Shown piece after piece: positions 29,435-39,139 of a stretch of DNA of 64,000 bases. Location of the stretch: the NCBI GenBank assembly GCA_002722245.1, contig PBLA01000033.1, positions 229,178 through 293,177 of the forward strand, in the 5' to 3' direction. The notes beneath the pieces were generated by a model. It searched no databases. It saw only the letters and a list, made by a program, of their open reading frames with translations, and was not told where the DNA came from. The position numbers and the translations under genes are program-made. Source of the stretch: Flavobacteriales bacterium (GTDB lineage Bacteria; Bacteroidota; Bacteroidia; Flavobacteriales_C; GCA-002722245). How positions within the stretch are numbered: the first letter of the stretch is position 1; each line of letters starts with the position of its first letter.

Positions 29435-30148
29435 ATGAATTTTTTCAAACGATTATTTAAAATAGGACAAGCTGAAGCACACAGTGCTTTAGATAAATTA
29501 GAAGACCCTATCAAATTAACTGAGCAAGGGATTAGAGATCTTAAACAAGACTTAAACAAGAGCTTACAAGCAGTTGCTGAAGTAAAAGCGTTGGCTATAC
29601 GAGCAAAAAATGATGTTGAAACATACTCAGAAAAAGCAAAAGACTACGAACGAAAAGCAATGCTATTACTTCAAAAAGCTCAAAAAGGAGAATTAGATGT
29701 AGCTGAGGCTGAACGATTGGCGACTGAAGCGCTTGCCAGAAAAGAAGAGCAAACAGTATTGCTAAATCAATCTCAATCCAATAAGGAAAACTTTGAAGGA
29801 AAAGTAGAGCAGTTGAACAAAAATGTAGCGACAATAAAATCAAACATTTCCAAATGGGAAAACGAATTAAAAACCCTAAAAGCACGTGTTAAGGTAAGTG
29901 AGGCTACTAAAAAGCTAAACAAGCAAATGTCGAATATTGATTCTACTGGAACAGTCTCTATGTTGGAAAAAATGAAAGACAAAGTTGCTCAGGAGGAAGC
30001 TTTAGCAGAATCTTATGGAGAAATTGCAAATGAAAGCAAAAGTCTTGACGACGATATTGAAGCAGCCATTGGTGATTCATCTCAAACAAAAGCTGCATCA
30101 GATTTAGAAGCTTTAAAAGCTAAAATGGGATTGAACAATCCCGAATAA
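29435..30148 (+). CDS. pspA: PspA/IM30 (phage shock protein A / Vipp1, ESCRT-III superfamily) protein
   Basis: 237 aa, all-helical, coiled-coil; the N-terminal FKRLFKIGQAEAHSALDKLEDPIKLTEQGIRDLKQDL matches the PspA N-terminus. Confidence 0.85.
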   Translation: MNFFKRLFKIGQAEAHSALDKLEDPIKLTEQGIRDLKQDLNKSLQAVAEVKALAIRAKNDVETYSEKAKDYERKAMLLLQKAQKGELDVAEAERLATEALARKEEQTVLLNQSQSNKENFEGKVEQLNKNVATIKSNISKWENELKTLKARVKVSEATKKLNKQMSNIDSTGTVSMLEKMKDKVAQEEALAESYGEIANESKSLDDDIEAAIGDSSQTKAASDLEALKAKMGLNNPE

Positions 30149-30224
30149 AGTATGATTTACCAAGGAAGTTAAATGTTAACTTCCTTGCTTTGACTCTTTA
30201 AATCAAAAACTAACACAATAAACA

Positions 30225-30902
30225 ATGTTTTTAGTATATCTATCGGGGATTGTAGACATTTTGTTTTCTCCCCCCAACATAATACCTACTCTTATTTTTG
30301 GGTTCGTAATGAGTTACTGGCTTTTAGTTATACTCGGAGCACTAGATATGAGTTCTCTAGATATTGATTTAGAGTTTGATGTAGAGGCAGATATTGAGAT
30401 AGATTATGATGCCGATCTAGCTTCAACGGGAGAACACGATGTTTCCTTTTTAAATAATGTATTGCGATTTTTCAATCTAAAGGATATTCCGCTAATGTTT
30501 TTTATTACATTTTGGATATTTCCTACACTCTTCGCCAATGCATTGATTAACAACATTATTGGAATAGAAACTTTTTTACCCTCTTTGGTCATCTTTATTC
30601 CAATTTCATTTATCTCCCTATTCATCGCTAAATATGCTACTATGCCTTTTGTTAAAATGTTTAAAGCGTTAGAAGATGAATCAGAATCAGCAATTGATTT
30701 ATTGGGTAGAATAGTTACCATAAAATTCCCAATTTCAGATTCAAAAATTGGTCAGGCTGAATCCTATGAAAACGGATCAAGCTTATTATTAAATGTAAAA
30801 ACAAAAAACGGGGAAATGCAAAAAGGAGATCAGGCTATGCTTGTAAAATACATCTCAAAAGATGATTGCTATTTAGTAGAACCCCATCACTCAATCGATT
30901 AA
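30225..30902 (+). CDS. YqiJ/DUF1449-like (NfeD-like) inner-membrane protein with a C-terminal OB-fold-like domain
   Basis: TM helices, acidic linker (DIDLEFDVEADIEIDYDAD), beta-rich C-terminus; immediately upstream of the flotillin gene, as in the E. coli yqiJK pair. Confidence 0.45.
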   Translation: MFLVYLSGIVDILFSPPNIIPTLIFGFVMSYWLLVILGALDMSSLDIDLEFDVEADIEIDYDADLASTGEHDVSFLNNVLRFFNLKDIPLMFFITFWIFPTLFANALINNIIGIETFLPSLVIFIPISFISLFIAKYATMPFVKMFKALEDESESAIDLLGRIVTIKFPISDSKIGQAESYENGSSLLLNVKTKNGEMQKGDQAMLVKYISKDDCYLVEPHHSID

Positions 30903-30911
30903 ATTATAATT

Positions 30912-33089
30912 ATGGAAATTTTTAACAACTTACTTTTCACGTTAGGTGGTGGATTCATCATCGTTGTGCTTGGAATATTGGCAATGGTTGCCAAGTGGTA
31001 CCGTAAAGCTGCTCAAGGGCAAGCATTAGTAAAAACAGGTGTTGGAGGAACTAAAGTCTCCTTTAATGGCAAACTAATTGTTCCTGTATTACACCGATTA
31101 GAGATCATGGATATCTCTTTAAAAAACATCACCATTGCGCGTCATGGAAACGACGGATTGGTTTGTAAAGACAATTTAAGAGCTGATATTAAGGTTGTTT
31201 TCTTCGTAAGGGTAAATAAAACCGCCGACTCGGTAATAAAGGTAGCTCAATCTGTTGGATGCAAAAGAGCATCCGATCAAGAAGCATTAGTTGGATTATT
31301 TGATTCCAAATTTTCCGAGGCCTTGAAAACCGTTGGTAAGCAATTTGATTTTGTTGATTTATATAACAAGCGTGATGAATTCCGTCAAGAAATTCTTAAG
31401 GTAATAGGGACAGACTTAAATGGTTACATTCTTGACGATGCAGCTATTGATTACCTGGAACAAACTCCAATTGAACAATTAAGTGAATCGAACATTTTAG
31501 ATGCAGAAGGGATTAAAAAAATTATTGATATTACCTCTCGTGAGAAAATCTCTGCTAACCTCATTCAACGAGAAAAAGAGAAAGTTATCACAAAACAAAA
31601 TGTTGAAGCTAGAGAAGCTATTCTTGAATTAGAAAAACAGCTTGCGGAAAAAGAGGAGCAACAAAAAAGAGAAGTAGCCAACATTAAATCACGTGAGGAA
31701 GCTGAAATTGCAAAAGTAGCGGAAGAGGAAAGACTGAAAGCAGAAAACACAAGGATTGCCGTTGAAGAACAATTATCAATTGCTGAGGAAAATAAAGATA
31801 GAGAAGTGATTGTTGCTTCTAAAAATAAAGAAAGAACTGCTGCCGTAGAAACGGAACGAGTAGAGAAAGACAGGATGCTTGAATTAACGGAAAGAGAGCG
31901 AATTGTAACACTTGCTCAAATTGAGAAAGAAAAAGCCGTTGAAGAGGAAAAAAAGAACATTCAGGAAGTTATTCGCGAAAGAGTCGCTATTGAAAAAACG
32001 GTTGTTGTTGAAGAGGAAAGTATAAAAGACACTAAAGCTCAAGCAGAGGCCGATAGAGAAAAATTAGTAGCCATTACGAAAGCAGAGGAAGAAGCAGAAG
32101 CAGCATTAGTGCAGCAAATTAAAAAAGCAGAAGCCACCAAGCAGGCTGCTGAACATTATGCAAAACAAAAATTGATTGATGCACAAGCCAATCAAGAGGC
32201 CTCTATTCAGCAAGCTCAGGCTATTAAAACTCTGGCAGATGCAAAAGCTGCCGAAGAAGCTGCGATAGGAATTTCTGAAGCTCAAGTAATGGAAGCAAAA
32301 GCTGCTGCCCACGAAAAAGAAGGAGATGCAAATGCTGCTGTAATTGAAGCTGAAGCATTAGCAGAGGCCAAAGGAATCCAGGCTAAATCTCATGCCCAAG
32401 CCATTGCAGATTTAGAAATTGGTGAAGCCGCTGCAAAAGTTGCTAAAGAAAAAGGACTTGCTGAAAGTGAGGTAATTGCAGCATTGGCAGCAGCAGAAAA
32501 AGATAAAGGATTAGCAGAGGCTGCTGTAACTTCAGAAAAATATCATGTTGAGGCGGTTGGAATTGATGAAAAAGCCGTTGCAATGAAAAAGTTTGATGAA
32601 GTTGGTAGAGAGCATGAAGAGTTCAAATTAAAGTTAGAAAAAGACAAAGAAATTGAACTTGCTGGAATAAACATTCAAAAGGACATTGCCGAGGCTCAGG
32701 CCTCTGTTCTAGGGACTGCTCTTGAATCTGCTAAAATCGATATTGTTGGTGGTGAGCAAGTATTTTTTGACAAAATTGTTAATGCAATATCAAACGGAAA
32801 ATACGTTGAGCGTGCGCTCGATAATTCATCGGCTTTAACAGAGGTAAAAGACCACCTTTTAGATAATATGAATGGGGAACACATGGGAGAACGAATAAAA
32901 TCATTAATCAATCAATTTGGCGTAACCGCTGAAGATTTGAAAAACCTAAGTGTCGCCAACTTATTGATTAAAATGAATTCTGAAGCATCCGATGCAAAAA
33001 CTAAAGGGATCCTTGCCCAGTTGCTAGAAACTGTTAATAAAGCGGGAATTGGCAACCTCACCCCTGAAAGTTTAGGAATAAGAAAATAA
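30912..33089 (+). CDS. Flotillin / SPFH (band 7) family protein, YqiK-like, with an extended Glu/Ala/Lys-rich coiled coil
   Basis: N-terminal TM segment; SPFH domain; about 300 aa of EA-rich coiled coil; flotillin C-terminal region. Confidence 0.8.
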   Translation: MEIFNNLLFTLGGGFIIVVLGILAMVAKWYRKAAQGQALVKTGVGGTKVSFNGKLIVPVLHRLEIMDISLKNITIARHGNDGLVCKDNLRADIKVVFFVRVNKTADSVIKVAQSVGCKRASDQEALVGLFDSKFSEALKTVGKQFDFVDLYNKRDEFRQEILKVIGTDLNGYILDDAAIDYLEQTPIEQLSESNILDAEGIKKIIDITSREKISANLIQREKEKVITKQNVEAREAILELEKQLAEKEEQQKREVANIKSREEAEIAKVAEEERLKAENTRIAVEEQLSIAEENKDREVIVASKNKERTAAVETERVEKDRMLELTERERIVTLAQIEKEKAVEEEKKNIQEVIRERVAIEKTVVVEEESIKDTKAQAEADREKLVAITKAEEEAEAALVQQIKKAEATKQAAEHYAKQKLIDAQANQEASIQQAQAIKTLADAKAAEEAAIGISEAQVMEAKAAAHEKEGDANAAVIEAEALAEAKGIQAKSHAQAIADLEIGEAAAKVAKEKGLAESEVIAALAAAEKDKGLAEAAVTSEKYHVEAVGIDEKAVAMKKFDEVGREHEEFKLKLEKDKEIELAGINIQKDIAEAQASVLGTALESAKIDIVGGEQVFFDKIVNAISNGKYVERALDNSSALTEVKDHLLDNMNGEHMGERIKSLINQFGVTAEDLKNLSVANLLIKMNSEASDAKTKGILAQLLETVNKAGIGNLTPESLGIRK

Positions 33090-33137
33090 TCATCCTACTA
33101 TTACTTCATGGTTCACCGTTAGTTTTAACGGTGGGCT

Positions 33138-36100
33138 ATGATTAAAATCAATCAATTCGGAAAAAGATTAATGTCAGCGCGTAAGAAGGAAAATAAAACA
33201 TCATCCAACGGCTCGCTTGAGCAAGGAACCTATGAGATTATTAAAGGTCGATTGCAAAAAGGGGCTGACGATTTAAAGCAGCGATTAGAGAAATTAAATA
33301 ATTTGCGTAAAGAGGTATTTGGTTCTGTTGAAACAGAATTAATTGCCAATGAAAGAATCACTACAGAAAATAAGTGTATTCCACGTGACATGATTTCTTT
33401 TGGTAACTCCTTTATATTTGGGTACAACGTCCACATAGGTTTAAGGACAACTACTACTGTTGCCGATGTTTTTACAGTAGCCGATTTTAAAGATCGCCGA
33501 TTCCAAGCAAGTTCTTCCCAAATTTTAACGGATAAGCGATTTGTTGCTGAATTTGAAAACTTATACCAATACTACCGTGAAACCCAATTTTCTAAATTTG
33601 CAGAGATTGGACCTTTCTTGTACATGATTTTTCAAATCGGTAAAAAGATTGACGACATTAAAGTGTTTAAATGGCAAAAGGACAATGATCGATTAACCTA
33701 CATTGATAATAGAAGTGCCCATGAAGTCGTTTATCCAGACCAACATGAATTTAAATGGAAACGAACGAATCGTGATATGTATCGCCATGGTGATCATTCT
33801 CACATTTCTTTAGAGGATAAAATATTTGTTGAAACCATTGGTGGAGATTTAACTATTAAAATTGAGGACAATACGGATACAGGAAAAGGAATTTATGCTG
33901 AGCCTGTGGAATATCGGGAGCAGGTATTAGAAGATGCTGATATAAATTATGCTATTGTAGACAATCTAGTCTTTTTAAAAATGCGTCCTTACAAGGAAGA
34001 GACGACGCGGTTTATTATTTATAATGATAAAATTAAGGAAGCCACACGCGTAGACGCTATTGAAAAATGTTGTGCATTATTACCCGATGATCACGGTGTA
34101 ATCTTTCCTCAAGGAATGTATTTACAAACAGGTGAAGTACGATTATTTAACCTAGAGTTAAATGATATGCTTTTTGAAAAACGAATAGCCTCTCCTAATG
34201 GAGAAGACTTTATGTACGTTTTTTATAATCAAATCGCCGGTATATACCTCCTGTTATCATACAATCTAATTGAACAAACCATCAGTAAGCCAATTGTTTG
34301 TCACGGTTATTCATTATTTGACAATGGCGAATTATGTTTCTTCAAATCGGAAGATGAAGCACAAGCTCATCACGCGATTCAAATTTGGGCAACACCTTAT
34401 ATCTCTAATGGGTTTACTTCAGTAAATGAATCTGAAAACTTTTTGAGTAAAGTTGGAAACAAGGAGGTGGTAAGGGCAATGGCCGAGTGTAAAGAGGTTA
34501 TAAAGCTCGTAGAGAAAGAAGATTCCTACGAAGGTCTGTATGTAGATTTAGTAAGAAAAACAACAGATGTGCTGGATTCATATTATTGGCTAAACAAAAA
34601 AGAAACCTATCTTCTTGAAGTACCGCTTTCCGATATTCAAAAGTCATCCAACAATGCGATTGAGGAGTTTGAAAAAGTAGTAAAATTAAAAAAAGCGAGT
34701 GCCGAAGCCCTCACGGAAGTTGAAAAGGCATATAATGAATTAATAAAAGGCATAAAACGATCAACAAACGATAACATCGATAAGTTTGTGGAGCTTTTAG
34801 TCCAGTTGAGAACAATTCGAGGAAATGTCATCTCATTAAAAGACAAACGTTATATCAATTTATTGAGAATTGAAGAAATAGACAAAGACCTCGAACTTCA
34901 AGGGAATAAATTGAGTGAAAATTGTGTTAAATTTCTACTCAAAGCAGAAGCTTTACAACCCTATGCATTTAAAGTAGAGCAAGTAAAGAGCGAGGTTCAA
35001 AGCCTCAAAAAAGTAGTTGATGCTCATACTGCAGAGGAAAACATCGAAAAGATTTCTTCTGAACTAGAAATGTTAATCGACATTGTTAGCAATTTAAAAA
35101 TTGAAGACCCAACAAAAACAACCAAAATAATTGATGGGATCTCAGAAATCTATTCCCAATTTAACCTTATCAACGCGACGCTTAAAAAGAAACGTAAAGA
35201 GCTGCAAAGCAATGAAGGAAAGGCCGAATTTAACGCTCAAATTAAATTAATCTCTCAAGGGATAATAAACTATTTGGATTTATGTGACGAACCCGATAAA
35301 TGTGATGAATACTTATCTAAATTAATGATTCAGCTGGAGGAACTTGGTGGTAAATTCTCTGAGTTCGACGAATTCATTGAAGTCCTAACTAATAAAAGAG
35401 AGGAAATTTATAATGCTTTTGAAGCAAAAAAAGTACAACTCATTGAAAAACGAAACAAGAAATCTACTTCTCTTAAATCCTCAGCAGATAGAATAATTTC
35501 CGGAATCACGAATCGCCTAAAAGGAATGAAATCCGAGAGTGAAATTAATGGTTACATGGTTTCGGACTTAATGGTTGATAAAGTAAGGGATGTTATTAAA
35601 GAATTAATCCATCTTGGTGATACTGTAAAAGCGGATGAAATTCAAAGTCGTTTAAAACGTATTCAAGAGGATGCTTTAAGACAATTAAAAGATAAAAATG
35701 AACTCTTTGAAAGTGAAAATGTCATTTCTTTTGGAAAACATAAATTCCTCGTTAACAAACAAAATATAGATCTAACAATTGTTCCGAAGGAAAATGAACA
35801 ATATTACCACATCACTGGGACAAACTTCTTTGAAAAAATTGACCATGAAGAATTCGATCACACAAAGGCGGTTTGGGATCAATCGGTAATCTCTGAATCA
35901 AATGAAGTTTATAGAGGTGAATACCTTGCTTGGTTATTATTTCAAAGAACAATCGCTGAAGGGCCGAAAGCCCAACATGAGTTAATTAATCTGTCCGATC
36001 ACGAACTGATCGATTTTGTAGGCAAGTTTATGTCAAATCGTTATCAGGAAAGTTATGCAAAAGGAATACATGATAAAGATGGAGCGATCATTCTAAAAAG

Positions 36101-38063
36101 ATTAATGGAAATGTACCTCAACGGAGGAGTACTAAAATTTTCTCCATTTGTTAGAGCCTGTGGAATTTTCGCCTGGCAATTTGAATTAACTGAAGATACG
36201 CGCGCGCAGTATCAAAAAAGGATTCATGCTGTTGGGGTTTTGAAGCAGGCTTTTCCAAATACGAGTGAATCTGCAGATTTAGAGAATGATTTAGCCAACT
36301 CCATTCATCCATTTATAGAGGCCAATTCCATCGAAGTAAATGTTCACGCATGTGCACAATACCTTATTGAGGAACTAAATAGTGATGATAAGTTTTCGAT
36401 AGGAAAAGAAGCATTTGAATTAGGTGATTATTTCAATAAACATCTAAAAGATAATAAACTTACTGAAGCATTTAACAAATCAATTGATCAAATTGATGAT
36501 CCTTTCTCAAAATTTAAACTCATTGTTAGCTGGATAAAAGCGTTCTCAGTTGATTTAAAACTTGATTATAGTGCGTTCATTGAGGAAACATCTGCATTCT
36601 TCCTGATCGAAAAAAGTAGAATTAATCTAATAAACTTTTCTCTTTTCTCGGATTTAAAAGGATTGATTGGTGACCATGCAAATATTGTAAAAGGGAAATA
36701 CCACTTAAACTATCACTCGTACTACCAAAAACTAGTTAAATACACCAAAGAAACCGTCCCATTATTTAATATATACACTACACTAAAAAAAGAGCTTATT
36801 AATCAATTTAAGGACGATTTAAAACTAAATGAATTAAAACCAAAGGTGATGTCATCCTTTGTAAGAAACAAACTCATCAATCAAGTATACCTTCCTTTAA
36901 TTGGAGACAACCTTGCGAAGCAAATTGGTTCTGCAGGAGATACTAAACGAACTGATTTAATGGGAATGTTACTTTTGATTTCTCCACCTGGATATGGAAA
37001 AACTACCTTAATGGAATACATTGCCTCACGATTAGGAATTGTATTTTTAAAGGTGAATGGACCTGCTCTCGGTCATAATGTTGTTTCTTTAGACCCTTCA
37101 GATGCACCTAATATGAGTGCAAGAGAAGAGATTGAGAAATTAAACCTCGGATTAGAAATGGGTGATAACGTTATGATCTATCTAGATGATATACAGCACT
37201 GTAATCCTGAATTTTTACAGAAATTCATTTCGCTATGTGATGCACAAAGGAAAATCGAAGGGGTGTATAAAGGAAAGTCAAAAACGTATGATCTTCGAGG
37301 TAAAAAAGTATGTGTAGTAATGGCTGGAAACCCATTTACTGAGAGTGGAGAAAAATTTCAAATCCCTGATATGCTTTCCAATCGAGCAGATATTTATAAC
37401 CTTGGAGATATCATTGGTGATCAATCGGATGCGTTCAATTTAAGCTACATTGAAAACGCCTTAACATCAAATGTTATTCTAAGAAATTTAGTAGGAAAGT
37501 CTCAAAACGATTTATACAGTTTAATTAAAATAGCCGAATCTGGAAGTACCGAAGGAATCGAATTTGAATCAAACCACACTTCAGAGGAGATTAAGGACTA
37601 CGTAAGTGTACTCCAAAAAATGTTAAAAGTAAGGGACATCATTTTGGAAGTCAATAAGGAGTACATAAAATCGGCTGCCATGGATGATCAATACCGAACA
37701 GAGCCCCCTTTTAAACTACAAGGATCTTACCGAAATATGAATAGAATGGCCGAGAAAATTTTAGCCATTATGAATGAGGACGAGTTGAAGACTTTAGTGA
37801 TGAGTTATTACGAAAATGAAAGCCAAACATTAACAACAAGTGCAGAGGCTAATCTTCTTAAATTTAAAGGCCTCAAAAATTGGCGGAACGACTCGGAAAA
37901 TGTTCGATGGAAAGAAATTTTAGCCGTCTTCCAAAAGGCGCAAAAAATGAAAGGTTTTGGCGCCAATGCTCAAATGGGAGCATTATTAGATAAAGTAGAA
38001 TTATTAACACAAGGAATATTTGGAATTCGGGATAATTTAAACAATGAAAATATTGAGCATTAA
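33138..38063 (+). CDS. Giant (1641 aa) uncharacterised protein: long N-terminal region with coiled coils (family not recognised), C-terminal MoxR/AAA_5-type ATPase module and tail
   Basis: Walker A LLLISPPGYGKTTL, Walker B MIYLDDIQHCNPEFLQKF, sensor VCVVMAGNP, arginine-containing IPDMLSNRADIYNL; this is the MoxR/McrB/dynein-type AAA pattern. Confidence 0.6.
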   Translation: MIKINQFGKRLMSARKKENKTSSNGSLEQGTYEIIKGRLQKGADDLKQRLEKLNNLRKEVFGSVETELIANERITTENKCIPRDMISFGNSFIFGYNVHIGLRTTTTVADVFTVADFKDRRFQASSSQILTDKRFVAEFENLYQYYRETQFSKFAEIGPFLYMIFQIGKKIDDIKVFKWQKDNDRLTYIDNRSAHEVVYPDQHEFKWKRTNRDMYRHGDHSHISLEDKIFVETIGGDLTIKIEDNTDTGKGIYAEPVEYREQVLEDADINYAIVDNLVFLKMRPYKEETTRFIIYNDKIKEATRVDAIEKCCALLPDDHGVIFPQGMYLQTGEVRLFNLELNDMLFEKRIASPNGEDFMYVFYNQIAGIYLLLSYNLIEQTISKPIVCHGYSLFDNGELCFFKSEDEAQAHHAIQIWATPYISNGFTSVNESENFLSKVGNKEVVRAMAECKEVIKLVEKEDSYEGLYVDLVRKTTDVLDSYYWLNKKETYLLEVPLSDIQKSSNNAIEEFEKVVKLKKASAEALTEVEKAYNELIKGIKRSTNDNIDKFVELLVQLRTIRGNVISLKDKRYINLLRIEEIDKDLELQGNKLSENCVKFLLKAEALQPYAFKVEQVKSEVQSLKKVVDAHTAEENIEKISSELEMLIDIVSNLKIEDPTKTTKIIDGISEIYSQFNLINATLKKKRKELQSNEGKAEFNAQIKLISQGIINYLDLCDEPDKCDEYLSKLMIQLEELGGKFSEFDEFIEVLTNKREEIYNAFEAKKVQLIEKRNKKSTSLKSSADRIISGITNRLKGMKSESEINGYMVSDLMVDKVRDVIKELIHLGDTVKADEIQSRLKRIQEDALRQLKDKNELFESENVISFGKHKFLVNKQNIDLTIVPKENEQYYHITGTNFFEKIDHEEFDHTKAVWDQSVISESNEVYRGEYLAWLLFQRTIAEGPKAQHELINLSDHELIDFVGKFMSNRYQESYAKGIHDKDGAIILKRLMEMYLNGGVLKFSPFVRACGIFAWQFELTEDTRAQYQKRIHAVGVLKQAFPNTSESADLENDLANSIHPFIEANSIEVNVHACAQYLIEELNSDDKFSIGKEAFELGDYFNKHLKDNKLTEAFNKSIDQIDDPFSKFKLIVSWIKAFSVDLKLDYSAFIEETSAFFLIEKSRINLINFSLFSDLKGLIGDHANIVKGKYHLNYHSYYQKLVKYTKETVPLFNIYTTLKKELINQFKDDLKLNELKPKVMSSFVRNKLINQVYLPLIGDNLAKQIGSAGDTKRTDLMGMLLLISPPGYGKTTLMEYIASRLGIVFLKVNGPALGHNVVSLDPSDAPNMSAREEIEKLNLGLEMGDNVMIYLDDIQHCNPEFLQKFISLCDAQRKIEGVYKGKSKTYDLRGKKVCVVMAGNPFTESGEKFQIPDMLSNRADIYNLGDIIGDQSDAFNLSYIENALTSNVILRNLVGKSQNDLYSLIKIAESGSTEGIEFESNHTSEEIKDYVSVLQKMLKVRDIILEVNKEYIKSAAMDDQYRTEPPFKLQGSYRNMNRMAEKILAIMNEDELKTLVMSYYENESQTLTTSAEANLLKFKGLKNWRNDSENVRWKEILAVFQKAQKMKGFGANAQMGALLDKVELLTQGIFGIRDNLNNENIEH

Positions 38064-38128
38064 CACAATATATTAAAAAAAGGATTAGAAATTATTCCAC
38101 AAAAAACAACAACTTAAACAATTACATT

Positions 38129-38533
38129 ATGTTAGGATTAGATGAAAAAAGCAGTCAACTCGCGAACTTATTAAAAGTAGCTTACGCCGATGGATCGGTG
38201 AATTATTTTGAAGACATGTTCATAAAATTAATTGTAGGTAAAATGGGAATTAAACCACAAGAATTTAAATATGTTATTGACAACCTTGATAAGATCTCAT
38301 TCACTGCTCCAAAAACAGATGAGCAAAAAGTGAGCTATTTCTGGCAAGTTCTTCAAGTAATGAAAATGGACATGGTTGCGGATGAAAAAGAATTGGAACT
38401 TTGTAAAGAAATTGGTCAACGAATTGGTTTTTCAAACGCACAAGTTGAAAAGGTAGTTGATTATATGGCTTCTAATTTAAGAACAGTCGTTCAATTAGAA
38501 GATTTTAAAAAACTTATAGCAGAACCTGCTTAA
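38129..38533 (+). CDS. TerB-like (tellurite-resistance TerB / DjlA-N-like) domain protein
   Basis: 134 aa, helical; ANLLKVAYADGSVNYFEDMFI...KMDMVADEKELEL is typical of the TerB fold. Confidence 0.5.
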   Translation: MLGLDEKSSQLANLLKVAYADGSVNYFEDMFIKLIVGKMGIKPQEFKYVIDNLDKISFTAPKTDEQKVSYFWQVLQVMKMDMVADEKELELCKEIGQRIGFSNAQVEKVVDYMASNLRTVVQLEDFKKLIAEPA

Positions 38534-38543
38534 TTGCTATTTA

Positions 38544-38580
38544 ATCGAAAGCCAGGAGTTTTTTCCCGGCTTTCGATTTT
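38544..38580 (+). terminator. Rho-independent terminator after the TerB-like gene (stem atcgaaagcc/ggctttcgat followed by tttt)
   Basis: Stem 38544-38553/38568-38577 and trailing T-run. Confidence 0.65.
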
Positions 38581-38595
38581 AAGATAAAAATAATC

Positions 38596-39093
38596 TTATT
38601 TTTTCTTTCCCCTTTTGAGTTTTTTATCAACTCTTTTGAGTTGGTTTTCAAGTACTTCAAGCGTGTGATTATACACACAATTCTGTATGGCATCCTTTAA
38701 TATTTTTTGTGCCTTTTTTAGCTTTCCATTCTGTTCATAGGCTTGTGCTAATATTCCTTTAAAATAATAGATGTTTGCCTCCTTTAACGTGCAAACATAC
38801 TTTACTACGTTTTTCAATTCGATAATATCTCCCGAGTGCATTAAAATCTCTGCTAATGCTCCAAAAGCTGGAACACATAGAGGATCACTTCCTATTGCCT
38901 TATGAGCGTACTCTTTTGCTAACTCAAACTTAGGTACCTCATAAGTATAAAACTTAGCCATCAGCGTATTCGCCTCCGCATGCTGATCATCATAACTTAG
39001 CGCATAGTTAATGTTCTCTAACATTTCCTCGAGGTTATATGGATAATTATCCAATGCTTTGATGTAATATGTATCTGCTAATGTTATAGCCAT
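38596..39093 (-). CDS. TPR-like helical repeat protein (hypothetical)
   Basis: 165 aa; repeated A/Y-rich helical hairpins; basic C-terminal tail. Confidence 0.4.
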   Translation of the reverse strand: MAITLADTYYIKALDNYPYNLEEMLENINYALSYDDQHAEANTLMAKFYTYEVPKFELAKEYAHKAIGSDPLCVPAFGALAEILMHSGDIIELKNVVKYVCTLKEANIYYFKGILAQAYEQNGKLKKAQKILKDAIQNCVYNHTLEVLENQLKRVDKKLKRGKKK

Positions 39094-39110
39094 TTTGTGT
39101 TGTATTTAAA

Positions 39111-39132
39111 CCACCAACCTAATAGTTGGTGG
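39111..39132. terminator. Hairpin ccaccaac-ctaata-gttggtgg between prfH and the TPR gene; probable terminator
   Basis: Inverted repeat followed by attttattt. Confidence 0.35.
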
Positions 39133-39139
39133 ATTTTAT

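Noticed and set aside
31500-32600. Apparent repetitiveness (gaagaggaa / gcagaggc units) that could suggest a tandem DNA repeat or CRISPR-like array
   Set aside because: It is the codon-level reflection of the Glu/Ala/Lys-rich coiled coil of the flotillin protein. The units are irregular, in frame and have no spacer/repeat architecture. No CRISPR array exists anywhere in the window.
29435-38063. Idea that the giant ATPase is a Vps4-like ESCRT-III disassembly ATPase partner of PspA
   Set aside because: The Walker B/sensor spacing (DDIQHCNPEFLQ...VVMAGNP) matches the MoxR/AAA_5 clade rather than the classical meiotic-clade AAA with SRH motif. No MIT domain is evident. A functional link to PspA is therefore only by gene neighbourhood.
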